Notes under the pieces: model-generated
The model's input: the letters and a program-made list of their open reading frames with translations, nothing else
Database searches by the model: none
What the model was told of the DNA's origin: nothing
Made by a program: the position numbers and the translations under genes
NCBI RefSeq assembly: GCF_001194135.2
Contig: NC_068990.1
Coordinates: forward strand, 94,348,078 to 94,412,077
Direction of reading: 5' to 3'
Length of the DNA: 64,000 bases
Source: Octopus bimaculoides
Taxonomy: Eukaryota
Part shown: in pieces, positions 45,264-59,470 of the stretch
Numbering within the stretch: the stretch's first letter is position 1
Layout of the letters: each line of letters starts with the position of its first letter

Positions 45264-48200
45264 CGTACATATGTATGAATGAACGATCGAACGAATGAAC
45301 GTACATACGTACGAATGTACGGACAAACGAATAAACGTACGAATGTACGAACGAACGAATGTACGTACGTAAGAACGAACGTACGTACGTACCTACGAAC
45401 GAAGGTAGGTACGTACGAACGAACGTATATACGTATGAACGAACGATCGTACGTATGAACAAATGATCGAAGGAAAGAAAGAACGTACGTACGAACGAAT
45501 TTACAAACGAACGAACGAACGTAGGTACGTATGTGCGTACGTACGAACGAATGAACGAACGTACGAAAAAACGATCAAACGTAGGAACGTACGTACATAC
45601 GTATAGACGTATGTACGTATGAGTGAACGAACGAACGAACGAACGAACTACGTATGTTCGTACGTACATATGTTGGTACGTACATATATATGAATGAACG
45701 AAGAAACGAACGTACGTACGTAAGAATGTACGAACGAACGAACGTACATACGAATGACCGAACGAACGACCTAACGAACGAACAAAGAAACGGACGAACG
45801 GAAGAAAGTATGTACAAACGTACGTACGTACGAACGAACGAACGAATAAAGAAATGAACGTATGAATGTAAGAACGAACAAACGAATGAAAGAACGATCG
45901 AAAGTAGGAACGAACGAACGATCGAACGAGTGAATGAACGAACGTTCGTATGTATGTACGTACGAACGACCGAACGAACAAACGTACGAACGAACGTACG
46001 TAAGTAGGTACATATGTATGTACGTACGTACGTACGTACAAACGAACGAACAATCGAACAAATTAACGAACGTACGCATGTACGTACGAACGAACGTACG
46101 GACGTACGAACGAACGAACAAACGAACGAACGAACGAACGAAGGAAGAAACGAACGAACGTACGCATGTGCGAACGAAAGAAAGATCGAACGAACAAACA
46201 AACGAACGAACGAACGTACGTACATACATCCGTACGTAGGAACGAGCGAACGAACGTACGTACGTACGTAAGAACGAACGAAATCAAGGAACGAACGAAC
46301 TAACGAACGAACGAACGTACGTACGTACGTACATACGTAAGAGTAAACGTATGAACGAACGAACGAAAGAACGAAGTAACAAATGAACGTACGTACTTAC
46401 GTACGTACCAACGAATGAACGAAAGAACGAACGTACGTACGTATGTATGAAAGTACGAACGAACGAAGTTACGTACGTAAGTACGAACGAACGTACGTAC
46501 GTACCAACGAAGGAACGAACAATATAATGAGCGAACGAACTAACGAATGAACGTACGCACGTAGGAACGAACGAACGAATGTACGCACATATGTACGTAC
46601 GTAAGTACATACGTTTGAAACAACGAACAAACGAATGAAAGAACGTAAGTACGTACGTATGAACGAAAGAACAGAAGAAATAACGAACGAACGAACAAAC
46701 GAAACAAGGAACGAACGATGAAACGAACGAACAAAGGAACAAGAGAACGAACGAACAAACGAACAAAAGTACGTACGTACGTACGAACGAAATATCTAAC
46801 AAACGAACGACCGAAGGTACATACATATAACGAACGAACAAACGTGCGTACGTACCTACGTACGAATGAACGAACGAACGAACGAACGTACGTCCGAACG
46901 TAGGTACGTACGAACGAATAAAAGAACGAACGTACGTACGTACGTTCGTAATACGTACATAAGAATGTCAAACGAACGAACGTACGCATGTGCGAACGAA
47001 AGAAAGATCGAACGAACACACAAACGAACGTACGTACGAACGAACGTACATACATCCGAACGTAGGAATGATCGAACGAGCGATAGAACGAACGTGCGTA
47101 CGTACATACATAAGACTGAACGTACGAACGACCGAACGAACGATTGAACGAACGAACGGACGAACAAAAGAAAGAAGGAACGAACGATGGAACGAACAAA
47201 CAAAGGAACAAAAGAACGAAAGAGCTAACGAACGAAAGAGCTAACGAACGAACGACCGAAGGTACGTACATATAACGAACGAACGAACGAAAGAACGAAC
47301 GAACGTGAGTACGTACCTACGTACGTACGAACGAACGAACATACGTCCGAACGTAGGTACGTACGAACGAATAAAAGAACGAACGTACGTACGTACGTAG
47401 TACGTACATAAGAACGTCAAACGAGCGAACGTACGCATGTGAGAACGAAAGAAAGATCGAACGAACACACAAACGTACGTACGAACGAACGTACGTACAT
47501 ACATCCGTACGTAGGAATGATCGAACAAACTAATGAACGAGCGAACTAACGAACGAACGTACTCACATATGTACGTACGTACGAAATAACGAACAAACAA
47601 GTGAAAGAACGTAAGTACTACGAACGAACGAATGAACGACAGAAGGACGAACGATCGAACAAACGAATTAACTAACAAAACGTAGGTACATACGTACGAA
47701 CGAACGAACGACCGTACGTACGAAGGAACAAACGAACGCAAGAACGTACTTAGGTACGTATTTAGGCACGAATGAAAGAACGTACGTACATACATCCGTA
47801 CGTAGGGATGATCGAACGAGCGAACGAACGAACGTACGAACGTACATACGTAAGAGTTAACGTACGAGCGAACGTACGTACGTACGAACGAATGAACGTA
47901 CGTACGTACGAACGATCGATCGAACGAACGAACGAACGAACGAACGAACGAAAGAACGAAGTAACGAATGAATGTTCGTACTTACGAACGAACGAACGAA
48001 AGATCGAATGTACGTACGTACGTATGTACGTAAGTACGAACGAACGAAAGTACGTACGTACGTATGTAAGTACGAACGAACGATCGAACGAACGAACGAA
48101 AGAACGTACGAACAAACGAACGTAATTACGTACATACGTATATAAGTAAGTACGTACTTACGAATGAACGAACGAACGAACGAACGTGCATACGTACCTA

Positions 48201-50179
48201 AGTACGAACGAACGAACGAACGAACGTAGGTCCGAACGTAGGTACGTACGAACGAATAAAAGAACGAACGCACGAAGGACGAACGATCGAACAAACGAAT
48301 TAACTAACAAACGTAGGTACATACGTACGAACGAACGAACGACCGTACTTTCGTTTGTTCGTTCGTTCGTTCGTACGTACCAACGTTCGTTCTTTCGTTC
48401 GTTTGTTCCTTCGTATATTCGTTCGTTCGTACGTACATATGTACCTACTTACGTACGTTCATTCGTTCGTTCGATCGTTCTTTCGTTCCTTTGTTCGTTC
48501 GTACATACGTACGTTCATTCTTACGTATGTACGTACGTTCGTTCCTAAATTGCGTTCGTTCGTAAGTACGTACGTTAGTTCTTTCGTTCGTTCGCACGTT
48601 AGTTCTTTCGTTCGTACGTACGTTCGTTTGTTCGTTCAATCGTACGTTCGTTCGTTCGTATTTATGTGCGTACGTTCGTTAATGTGTTCGTTTGTTCGTT
48701 CGTTCGTACGTACATATTTACCTACTTACGTACGTTTGTTCGGTCGTTCGTATGTACAAAATACCTACGTTCGTTCGTATGTATATACGTACGTTCATTG
48801 TTACGTTTGTTCGTACGTACGTGCGTACGTTCGTTAGTGTGTTTGTTTGTTCGTTCGTTCGTTCGTACGTACATACCTACGTTCGTTCATTCGTTCGTTC
48901 TTTCGTTCATTTTTTTCGTTCGTACATACGTACGTTCATTTTTTCGTACGTACGTTCGTCCGCTCCTTCGTGTGCTCGTTCGTTCGTTCGTTCCTACGTA
49001 CGCAAGTACGTTCGTTCGTTCGTTTGTTCCGTCGTCCGTACGCTTGTTCGTACGTATGTACCTACATTTGTTCGTTAATTCGTTCCTTCTTTCGATCATT
49101 TGTTCGTTCGCTCGATCTTACGTATGTACTTACGTTCTATCATTCGTTTCTTTCATGTTTCGTACGTACGTACATACGTTTGTTCGTTCGTTCCTACGTA
49201 CGTACGTGCGTTCGTTCATTTGTATGTTCGTTCCTTCGTTGGTACGTACGTACGGACGTATTTACGTTCGTTCGTACGTATGTACTTATACACGTACCTA
49301 CATACGTTTGTTCGTTCGTTTGTACGTACGTAATTACGTTCGTTCGATCGTACGTTCTTACTTACGTACGTACCTTCGTTCGTATGTACCTACGTTTGTC
49401 AGTTAATTCGTTTGTTCGATCGTTCGTCCTTCTGTCGTTCATTCGTTAATTCTTTCGTTCGTACGTGGTAATTACGTTCTTTCATTCGTTTGTTCGTTGT
49501 TTCGTACGTACGTTCGTTCATTAGTTTGTTCTTTCCTTCGTTGGTACGTACGTACGTACTTATATACGTATCTTCGTTCGTTCGTAATTATTTTCGTTTG
49601 TTCGAACGTACGTAAGTAGGTACATATGTACGTACGAACGAACGAAGAAACGAACAACCTAACGAACGCACGATTGAACGAAAGAACGTACGTACGTACG
49701 AACTAACAAACGAACGAACGAAAGAAATTTCGAATGAACAGACGAAAGAACGTATGTCCATACGATCAAGCGAACGTGCGTACATACATCCGTACGTACG
49801 ACCGAAGGTACGTACATACAAAGTACGGACAAACGAGCGAAAGAATGAACTAACGAATGAACGTACGTACATATGTACGTACGACCGAACGAACGAAAGT
49901 GCGTACGTACCTACGTACGAATGACCAAACGAACGAAGGTTCGTACGCACCTGCGAACGAAAGAAAAATCGAACGAACAAACGAAAGTACGTACCAACGA
50001 AAGAACGAACGAACGTATATATATCCGTATGTAGGAACGATCGAACGAACGTACGTACATACGTAAGAGAGAACGTACGAACGAACGTACGAAGAAACGA
50101 ACGTAATTACGTACGTACGAACGAACGTACGTACGTACGTACCAACGAAGGAGCGAACAAACTAATGAACGAACGAACG
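45264..50179. repeat. complex (ACGA/TACG)n CpG-rich satellite with internal inversions
   Basis: Mosaic of ACGA, TACG and ACAT tetramers. The A-rich strand is + at 45264-~48346, - at ~48347-49603, and + again at ~49604-50179. Confidence 0.95.
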
Positions 50180-50535
50180 TGAGTTGCGTCCATGCTGGTG
50201 GCCCATAAAAAACAGCATCTGAAGGTGGCTGATGCCAGCGCCGCATTCAGTTGCGTCCATGCTGGTGGCACATAAAAAGTACCATCTGATACCAGCGCCG
50301 TCTTAAGTGGCGTCCATGCTGGTGGCACATAAAAAGCACCATCTGAATGAGGTTGATACCAGCGCCGCCTTGAGTTGTGTCCATGCTGGTGGCACATAAA
50401 AAGAACCATCTGAACGAGGCTGATGCCAGCGCCCCCTTGAGTGTCGTCTGTGCTGGTGGCACATAAAAAGCACTATGTGGTGCTTTTCATGTGTCACCAG
50501 CACGGAAGCCAGTCAAGGCGGCACTGGCATCAGAT
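50180..50535. repeat. 67-bp tandem array continued (right flank of the satellite)
   Basis: About 4 more units in the same orientation as 45033-45263, then one inverted partial unit at ~50478-50535. Confidence 0.88.
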
Positions 50536-53500
50536 AATTTTGAATAGGCTGGGGCTGGTTATGCGGAACTGGTGTAGGATACAACCGTTAACTCACTTTA
50601 TTTGCCATAGATGAAATTGTCTTTTCTTTTATCTTCTTCTGAGAAAAATGGTATCAGCTGGTTGAATGTCCTTGCGGAACATTTGCGTTTCCTAGCTTAC
50701 CTTGTAGATTGCCTTCATTACAACTACTGAGCATCATCAATCCTTGACTTCATTGGATGGCAGGTGACACTGCTGTATTCCTCCACCCATAGTGTGTCCA
50801 AAATCACCATCATCACCAAGCAAGCTTGCCTTTTTACTTGTCAGTGACCCAATCATGCAACAGGTTGTACTGGATTACATGTTCTCAGTAGTAGAAGAGC
50901 AACCTGATATTGTTTAACTGACCTTAAATTACCATTTTAAATGCTATCATTATGTAAGTGTAATGTACAGCTAATTTAAGTCAATTCTAACTCTTGATGT
51001 GGAGATATTTTCTAAATTTTCAACCAATTAAATTTTACTAAAAGAAATAAAAAAGTTGCATTATCTCTGAATACGTCTCTCCTTAGAAAAGTTGATCTTG
51101 TAACTCTTGAGGTATACTGCTGCTAACAGAATCCCATAATTAACAACCAAAAATAGAATAATTTTGCAGCTAATATAGATTTATTGGTAAAATGTAGCAG
51201 GGCTATGATCTGAAGGTTGAGTGTTCTTTATAATTGAAAGAAAAAAAAAATATATATAGTAAAATCTCAATTTTGGATCTTTATATATTTGTCTTAGTTC
51301 AACTTTTATGCATTTTGAAGTGGTTTCCCTTTTGTTACTAGGTTTCTGTTAAAATCTATTTTATTTGTTTCAGTTCATTTTAAAAGAAATGAAGAATTTA
51401 ATAAAAATGTCTTATTTAGTGTTTGAAACACAAATAAAACTTGAAATTTTGATGGAAGTCTTTAAAACGGGAAGTTTTATATTGTGGAACTTAGGGTGGT
51501 TTCAGGCAGGTTGTTATCAAAAGGGTTGAAATAGACTGGACTGATTGGTTTTAAAATAGTCTTCATGGCTGTATTTAGTTAGTCTTAGAGTTGGATCAGT
51601 AAAAAATAAAGAATGCAGAAATATTCAAGTTTTTAACTTTGTGTAATTTGGAAAGTAATGCCTGATTTATTATTCTTCAATCTTAATCTTCAAATCAAGA
51701 CCATAATCTCTAAATTAATGACACTATTTTAGAATATTTTAACTATACATGTCAGTATTCAAGCATAAACGCTCAACTGAAAATTATGCTGTAATGTGGG
51801 ACATAAAAAATTCTAATTAAACAAGAAGCAAACATATTAAACAAATTTCCTAATGAATGAATCATTTCTTGATTTAACAATTTATTGGAGTATTGATCTT
51901 AGTTTCTATAACCAGACATGCTTTATTTCATTGGTACTACTTACATATAAAACTCCATATAAGGAGAGGCAATACTGAGGAAAAAAAAAGATTAAAAAAG
52001 TTTTTCTGATCATTGAGTAACAGGAAGCATTGTTTGTGAGAGAAACTTCTGACTGACTGAGTTTCATGTTGCTGAAAGTTGTCAAGTTTAAACTGTTGTT
52101 AGTCAACGTTTGCAGGTATGAGGGGACTTGAGAGGGTTGTATAGAAAAGGTTGAGGTGGAAAGAGAAGTAGATGAGTGGGGAGGGGGAACAGTGGTGGAT
52201 GTACCAGACCCCCCCGTAAGCTTGCAAGAACAGAGGCAATAGAAAAGGTAAAAGTTTTTAAGTAACTGCTCCTGATTCTATGATACAAACTTCCTGTTTT
52301 TAAGTGACTCTAAATTAAAACTGTTCGTCAAAATTTCATGTTCAATTTAAGATAAAAAGAACAGTTTAATAATGGCATTATGTTAAAAAAATTCTTCATT
52401 TTCAAAATTAGTTGAAACAAAAGCAGTGCATTTCAAAGGAAATCTGGTTGATAAGAAAGGTTAAAGAATCTGTCGGATAGTTTTGGACGAATTGTGCAAG
52501 AAGGATAACAAGAAGAAAAAAAAGGTACAAATATTCAGTTGAATAATTTTATTTTGTTACCATAATTTAAAAGAAATAACTTTGGAGAGAGTTAGATTAC
52601 AATTGAGCATGTTTATTATCCTTTGGGATAATGATAGTAACGTTTTAAGTGAAATGTTTTTAGATGCGAGAAAATCTGATTTAGGACTTGTGACTTTTTT
52701 TTCTCTTCCCCCAAATCATTTTGTGAAGTTTAAATGAAGTGAATAGAAATACTACAACTACTACTACTACTGCTGCTGCTGCTGTTGGTGTTTCAAGAGA
52801 GCAATAAGATTCTGGCCTTGAGCAAGTCACTTTATTCTGTCATGGTAGTTTCACTTTATAAAAAGAGTGAATTGGTTTGCATTTAAATCTAAATTGATAC
52901 TAAATTCTCCATTAAGATTTAAAAGCGTGGTTCTTAACCGGGATAGTAGCACCCCTTTGGAGGGTGAATGTGAGCTGACAAGGAGGTGGTGCTGGTTGCT
53001 TTAGGGGGGTGGGGGTGATTTTTCTTAGAAATAATTTGTTGCTGAGCTACAAAGGTTAAAACCACAGATTTAAAGTAAATAAAATGCAGGAATGACAACT
53101 GTTTAAAGGGCAGAGATATTAAATGTTGATATCTGGTTTTTAAAGGGGAGGCTAAACTAAAAGATACTTCTAGAAAGTTCTGCTTTCTTAATGAAGCTAA
53201 TAAGTCATTGTAGAAAAGAAAAATGAAAAATGCAATCTAATTGAGTGATTAGAATACTCTCTTGATTAACGAGCTACATGCATGTACATCGTGCATTGTT
53301 TTCTTTGGCATATTCTTTGATAGGACTGTCTCATTAGTCCACTTCCACATAACCATAAAAACTTGAAGCATTTTCTGGTGCTACTGGGAGGAGTGGATAC
53401 CAATAATAGCAGTTAAATGACTAAGAGCAATAGAGTGATCTAGAAATAGAAATATTTATTTTCCAAACAAAATATTTCTCAAGTTCTTTTTTTTTTTTTT

Positions 53501-54719
53501 GTACTAATATAACTGAAAGAGATGTCCCAAAATCTGTTGGGTAACCTGAGTACAGACAGATAGCTTTGTCACTCTTTCTTATGAGGAAAGAAATCTTCAG
53601 GAGAAAGATAAGTCAGTCTGAAGCCTGTCTACTTTCAAATTAATTATCAAGGCTGAATGGTCAAACAGAAAACCTGCACTTTTATAAGGAAACAAAGTTT
53701 ATGATTATATACTTCTGAGGAACATTTTAAATCAATTGAAATAACTCCAACTTGGGATAGAAACTGGGTCCTTATATATTGCAACACTTTCCACCAGAAA
53801 ATGGCTGTTAAAATAGGACCCACAAAAAAAACATACAACCATTTAAAAAAAAAAGAAAGAGCTTAGATGTAGGCATTGTTACTCAACAAATATGTTTGAA
53901 GCAATCCATCATCATTTAACGTCCGCTTTCCATGCTAGCATGGGTTGGAATCCATCTAGAAATATTTCCTTCTGTTAATCGAGTTACTCAACTTACTTTT
54001 GCTTCTAGGATGCAGTGTTAATGTCATTTTATTAAGTTCCAAACAGTAGAGTTTCAGGTTCAGTCCTACTGCAGAGCATCTGGGGGCAGGTGTCTTCTAA
54101 GGCTGACCAATCACAAGTTGATGACATGTGATGTCACCATCATCATATGGTGTCTTTCGTTTCCAGTATCCCTTAAACATCTCGTGATGAGGAGTGGATG
54201 GGAAGAGCTTGCCTGGAAAGGGTTGGTGACAAAAAATGCATCAGGCTGCAGCAAACCTGTCTCACTGAATTCCATCTGATCCATGCTAAACATGGAAAAA
54301 GCGGATACGATGATGATGACGACACATTTGTTTCAAGGAATACTTTTATTGCCATCTGCGAGTAATTTTTTTTTTTTTTTTGTTAATGCAAGAATTATTG
54401 ATCTTAACAGCATGTATGCTTTAAACATGGCCTCTGTGACTGGGTTAGTGCTTTTGTGGTATACAGGCAGCTACACTGTATATTGCTGCTAGTTTTGTGA
54501 TACAACCTGAAGTCTAACTTTTTAGACAATGAAAGTGTGTGTGTGTGTGTGTGTGTATGCACATATAATTAATTTATTAATTGGCAGAACTTAGTGACCC
54601 AAGGGTTGTCTTTTGTGCATTGATAAGTGCCAATGCATGAAACTCTTGGCACTTGAGTTGCTCTGGCTCCAGTTAATAAATATATACTCATGTTTTGGAT
54701 TATATTTGATACAAACAGG

Positions 54720-54795
<76 letters not shown>

Positions 54796-55114
54796 TACAT
54801 ACAGTCATTTAACATCTACTTGTCCACATTTGGGTCAGATGAAAATTTGTTGAGGCAACCCTTTCAGTTTCCAAGCAAGAGGAATACATGACCTGACATG
54901 TTTTTCACAATGAACACCACTTGTATGACAGTGATGCTTGTTTACAAGCATGAATAGATATGACAGACTTCAATTTCTGTCCACCAAATCCACTTGAGGC
55001 TTTGGTTAGCCTGGAGGGTATAGAAGCTACACAACCATGGTGCTGTGCAGTGGAATTGAACCTGAGTCTACATGGTTGGGAAGAAAGTTTCTAGCCAGCT
55101 GCACACATATCTAT

Positions 55115-55203
55115 CTATGTATGTGTGTGTGAATATATGTGTGTGTGAATATATATGTGTGTGTGTGAATATATATATGTATGTGTGTGTATATATATAT
55201 GTA

Positions 55204-55260
<57 letters not shown>
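55115..55260. repeat. compound (TG)/(TA) microsatellite
   Basis: Direct reading; further tracts at 54722-54800 and 55331-55370. Confidence 0.95.
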
Positions 55261-55263
<3 letters not shown>

Positions 55264-55328
55264 GAGGCCAAACAGAAGCTTGCTTATACATTTTAAGAAA
55301 GCAATTTTCAAGACTGTTAAGAACAAGC

Positions 55329-55372
<44 letters not shown>

Positions 55373-58300
55373 TTTAATTTGTCTTAAAAGCATCAAACTC
55401 GTCTTCAGTAACTTTTGGAAGCCCTGTCCTGAATTTTCACAACCTGGAATAAGTTTTGAATAATCACAGCAATACATGCTGTAGGATATAAGCTTACAAC
55501 TTGAAGAGGGGAGCACCGAGTGTCTATGTTATAAACATAGTCTTTCTGATATATATATCTATAATCACAGAGCAGTTGTGTTAGTTCAGATTTTAATTTA
55601 GCTACAGAAAAAATGCTTGGCACATGTAGTTTACCCTGCACTTTCAATTTTAACAGAATCCATTACAAACAATGACTTTTGAATATTAAAATCCATCTCT
55701 TGTTATTCAAAGGAATAAATATCAATTGAGAAACTGTTGAAGTGTCTGAAAATAGATGCTTGGACAAGTGTCTCAACACACACAATGACAAACTGCTTCA
55801 GTTTCACAAGATATGTTTTTTACTATGTACAAAATCATTCATTGACAGTGAAATGTGTTCAGAGAATAGAGAGGTTGGGAAGTATTTCAAAGCTGTTCAC
55901 TTTTACTGTTCTTTTAATCAAAATAGTTTTTCTTCCATTTTGTAATCAACATGGGCTCAAAAGAAGAACATTTAAATAAATATGTTAGTGAAGGTTAAAT
56001 GCATGAGTGACAACAGAAATGACTTCATTGTCCTTTTTAAAGATGGGAAGATTAATCCTTGAAAGGATGGTCATGGTAAACAAGCCTCTCTTGTCCAGTA
56101 TATATTGCTGTCCAAGTCTCATATCAAGATGAGAGATTCCCCTCCCCACCCGGCAGACATAATAACATTTTGTTAACGACAAACTAATCACTCAGCTGGT
56201 CATCGTTTAACATCTACCGATTCACACTTTCCCATTCTAAGATGATTTGAACAAAAAATATCTAAAGTCTTTACCAACAAAGTATCTAACAACACAGTTA
56301 GATTCCATCTGTGTAGACATTTCAGGAAACTTTTTGAAATTTCTCCTGAACTTTGATAATTTATATTTTTTTCTCATTTATTTCTCTTGCATTCATTCTT
56401 TCCCATAACCTCTTGGCATTGATTTATAAAGAATAATTTTGATCAGAAACTTAATTTTAAGGGAAAGAAGATAGTGAATATAATTTATACCAGAATAAAT
56501 CACTGGTATCATTATAATCAATCTCTTAAGTATGAAAGACATTTAAGTTTCGTAGGCCATCATCATGGACCTTCAGTTAATTTAGATAAAAGGCCAAGGA
56601 ATTCACTACAAAGACTCTAACCATTCCATGGCCAGGACTTGCAGGGGACTGAAAGGCAAAATTGATTTTGGCAGGATTTTTAACTCAGAATATAAAGAGA
56701 AATATAGTTTTGCCCAACACTAACGGTTCTGTCAATCCACCACCCTAATAATGAATTAGTGATAAAACTTCTTAATAATAAGTAAAGATGACTTTCTTGA
56801 CAGCATTAGGTCCCTGGTTGAAGTAATTCCTACAAGAGATTATATCAAGTTTGAACTCAATCTCACCACATGGCCACCAGAGATGTTAATTAGCAAAATT
56901 TTATATATATTATACATCAAGTCTGAGATTTTAATGATGGTGGGAAGAGGGGGGGGGGTTCTTGCTCCTTGCCACTTATTTAAATGTAACTGAAGGAATT
57001 TCATTTGTATGGAAACCTAAATTATACACCTTCCAACTGTATTACAGCACAACCAAATAAGCTCAGTCATGAATTTGGGGAATAAAACTGAGCGCATGAC
57101 TGGTATTTATCAAGCAGCAGACAAAAGTCAAGAAGTTGACAACCTGGCAATAATCTGAATGTAAAGGGACGTAACTAGAGTTAATCTGCTTTATTTGTTA
57201 ATCCACTGCCTGCAACAAGGTGACACAGACAAGGTGGTGTAAGTCTTCTCCCATTAAGTTGGATTTCAGATCCAACTAAACTTTGCAGCAGACAAAGGAA
57301 TGCAACTAAGTATAGCAAGGTGTGTGTGTTCACATATAATTTGATGCTCGATTTCTGCCTCTTACTCTTAATAATGGCTTCAAATTTTGGCACAAGACCA
57401 GCAGTTTTCGTAGGAGGGAGTTAGTTGATTACATCAACCCCCAACACTCAATTTATTTGATTCTGAAAAAAAAGTAAAAGGGTAAGTTGACCCTTTCAGA
57501 ATTTGAACTCAGGAATGTAAAGAACTGAAAGAAATTCTAAGCATTTCTGTTCACTCCTAATAATAAAGGATTTCTATTGGAGACACAAGACTACAGTTTC
57601 AAGGAAGATGTAACCAATGAGTTCAGCACTTGATTGGAATTTGGCTTTTTCACCCTTTCCTTGAGACTTTTGCTTCTCAACGCCATTGTAATAACTCCTT
57701 GGTTCAGGGTCTTTGACTAAAACTCTAGGCACACCAAAGCTTTGAGAGTAGATTTGATAGATGGAAACTGAATGAAGCCCATTGTATGTTTGTCCCCCAA
57801 CACCGTTTGACAACTGGTATTGGTTGTTTCTATAATGTAATTTAGAGGGGTTCAGCAAAAAAGAGATCAGGCTTATAAAAAAAAAAAAGTACAGGGGTTG
57901 ATTTGTTAGAGTAAATCTTTCAAGACAGTGCCCCAGCATGGCCACAGTCTGACTGGAAACAGCTAAACATTGGGACTTGAACTCCAGACCAGAGAAGGGG
58001 GGACCACGCTAAATACTTCACTCAATAGGAACAGGGTCAGCAATTTTGATGGTGTTAGACAATCTCCTTGACCCCTGGGCTGGTCATTTATTAACACTGA
58101 AGGGACGAAAGGCAACGTGGACTCCAGCAGGATTTAAACTTTGATCATGAAGTGTTCGAATAAATACCACAAGGCATTTTATCTGAGGTTCTAACGAGTC
58201 TGTCAATTAACCACACAATTCACACCACCATTAAATATTTCTTCCTAATTTTGGCAAAAAGTCAAGTTTTGAAAGGAGGAGGCAAGTTGATTGCAGCCCA

Positions 58301-58544
58301 ACCCCCAACCCCCACTCCTGAACTGGTACTTTAAAGTTATTGACCCTGAAAGAATAAAAAGACAAAGTTGACATGGCAGGATTTGAACTCAGAAAATGAA
58401 GAGCTGAAAGCATATTGTTTGCACAAAGGATTCTGCCAACTTTGCTGCCTTTTACCCCCTATTAAAAAAAAAACAACTAAATATTAGGAATGTACTCTAC
58501 CCCCACTTTTAAAACCAATTCTGGGAATATTAGTTCTAGTTGTC

Positions 58545-58580
<36 letters not shown>

Positions 58581-59243
58581 AGCTGCAACGTCTTGAGCCA
58601 CAGAAGAACTGGGAATGGCAGACAAAAGCAGAAAGGATCACAGACGTAATATTGAAAACATTCACACCAGTCTCCAGTCTCTCACTCAACAAACAGATTA
58701 ATAAAAGAGGTACACACACACACACATATTAAAAACAAGTCTTTTACACAGGTTAAATGTTTTGTGATCAGAGCCATCTTCCCATTGGTAAATAACTGAC
58801 ACGGGCGGGGGAGGGGAATCTCACACAACAGTTTATGAAAGCCCTGAAAGGATGATATTCATGATGATGATGATGATGATAATGGTTTGTTTTTTGTTTC
58901 TTTCTTTTTTTTTAAATATAAGCATGAAATCTTAAGCCAAAAGCTTTATGTGTTATCCCCCCAAGAACATAACTGCTTGCTGTCAGATAAGATATTGGTG
59001 AAGCAGGTGCTAGGAATTCAATGTTTTAAACATTTTGGCATTGCACCTCTTTGAAGAATCAAGATGATAATAACTTCTTACAAAGTTCTGAAATTTTAAA
59101 ATTATAGTTTAAAGGAAAGTTGTGAAGTTTAAAGTCTTTCCTCAAGAATATTTTGTGATTCCTGTGAATCTGTTCCAAGCGTGAAAGGGTGATTGAGATC
59201 AGCATCTTACCATTCCACCTCACCTGCCACACACGACAACAAC

Positions 59244-59294
<51 letters not shown>
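59244..59294. repeat. (AAT)n microsatellite in the OCRL 3' UTR region
   Basis: About 17 units, 58 nt beyond the OCRL stop. Confidence 0.95.
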
Positions 59295-59296
<2 letters not shown>

Positions 59297-59351
59297 ACTA
59301 TTTAAAAAGAAACCCCTTAAATGTGGTATGATGATGTTGCTGTGATGGTGT

Positions 59352-59470
59352 TCATTCATCATACTCATTCACAAGAAAGTGGAATACAAACATAGCTTTC
59401 TTTTCTGTGTCTGCCTGACAATTCCTCTCCGACTTGAGTGGACGTAAGAACAGGTGGCCAAAAATGGAGG
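59352..59470 (-). CDS. OCRL: OCRL/INPP5B ortholog, terminal exon (ASIFGHLFLRP...TEKKAMFVFHFLVNEYDE*)
   Basis: Acceptor tttccag; resembles INPP5B LASIFGSLLLR...TEKKKAQEFIHQFL; acidic end like OCRL; stop at 59352-59354. Confidence 0.9.

Noticed and set aside
45193-50246. Dozens of overlapping ORFs up to 286 aa (RSFV/RTYV and NERT repeats)
   Set aside because: Translation artefacts of the tetranucleotide satellite, which has few stop codons; open in all frames on both strands with no splice or domain evidence.
44853-50535. CRISPR-like look of the 67-bp repeats
   Set aside because: The units are contiguous tandem copies without unique spacers, related to a retroposon 3' UTR, in a eukaryotic genome with no cas genes.
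52468-52528. Possible + exon ICRIVLDELCKKDNKKKK ending in ag/gtacaa
   Set aside because: No polypyrimidine tract (it abuts a MITE end) and no partner exons found.
56340-56640. Possible Penelope GIY-YIG remnant
   Set aside because: Too decayed for any motif to be read with confidence.
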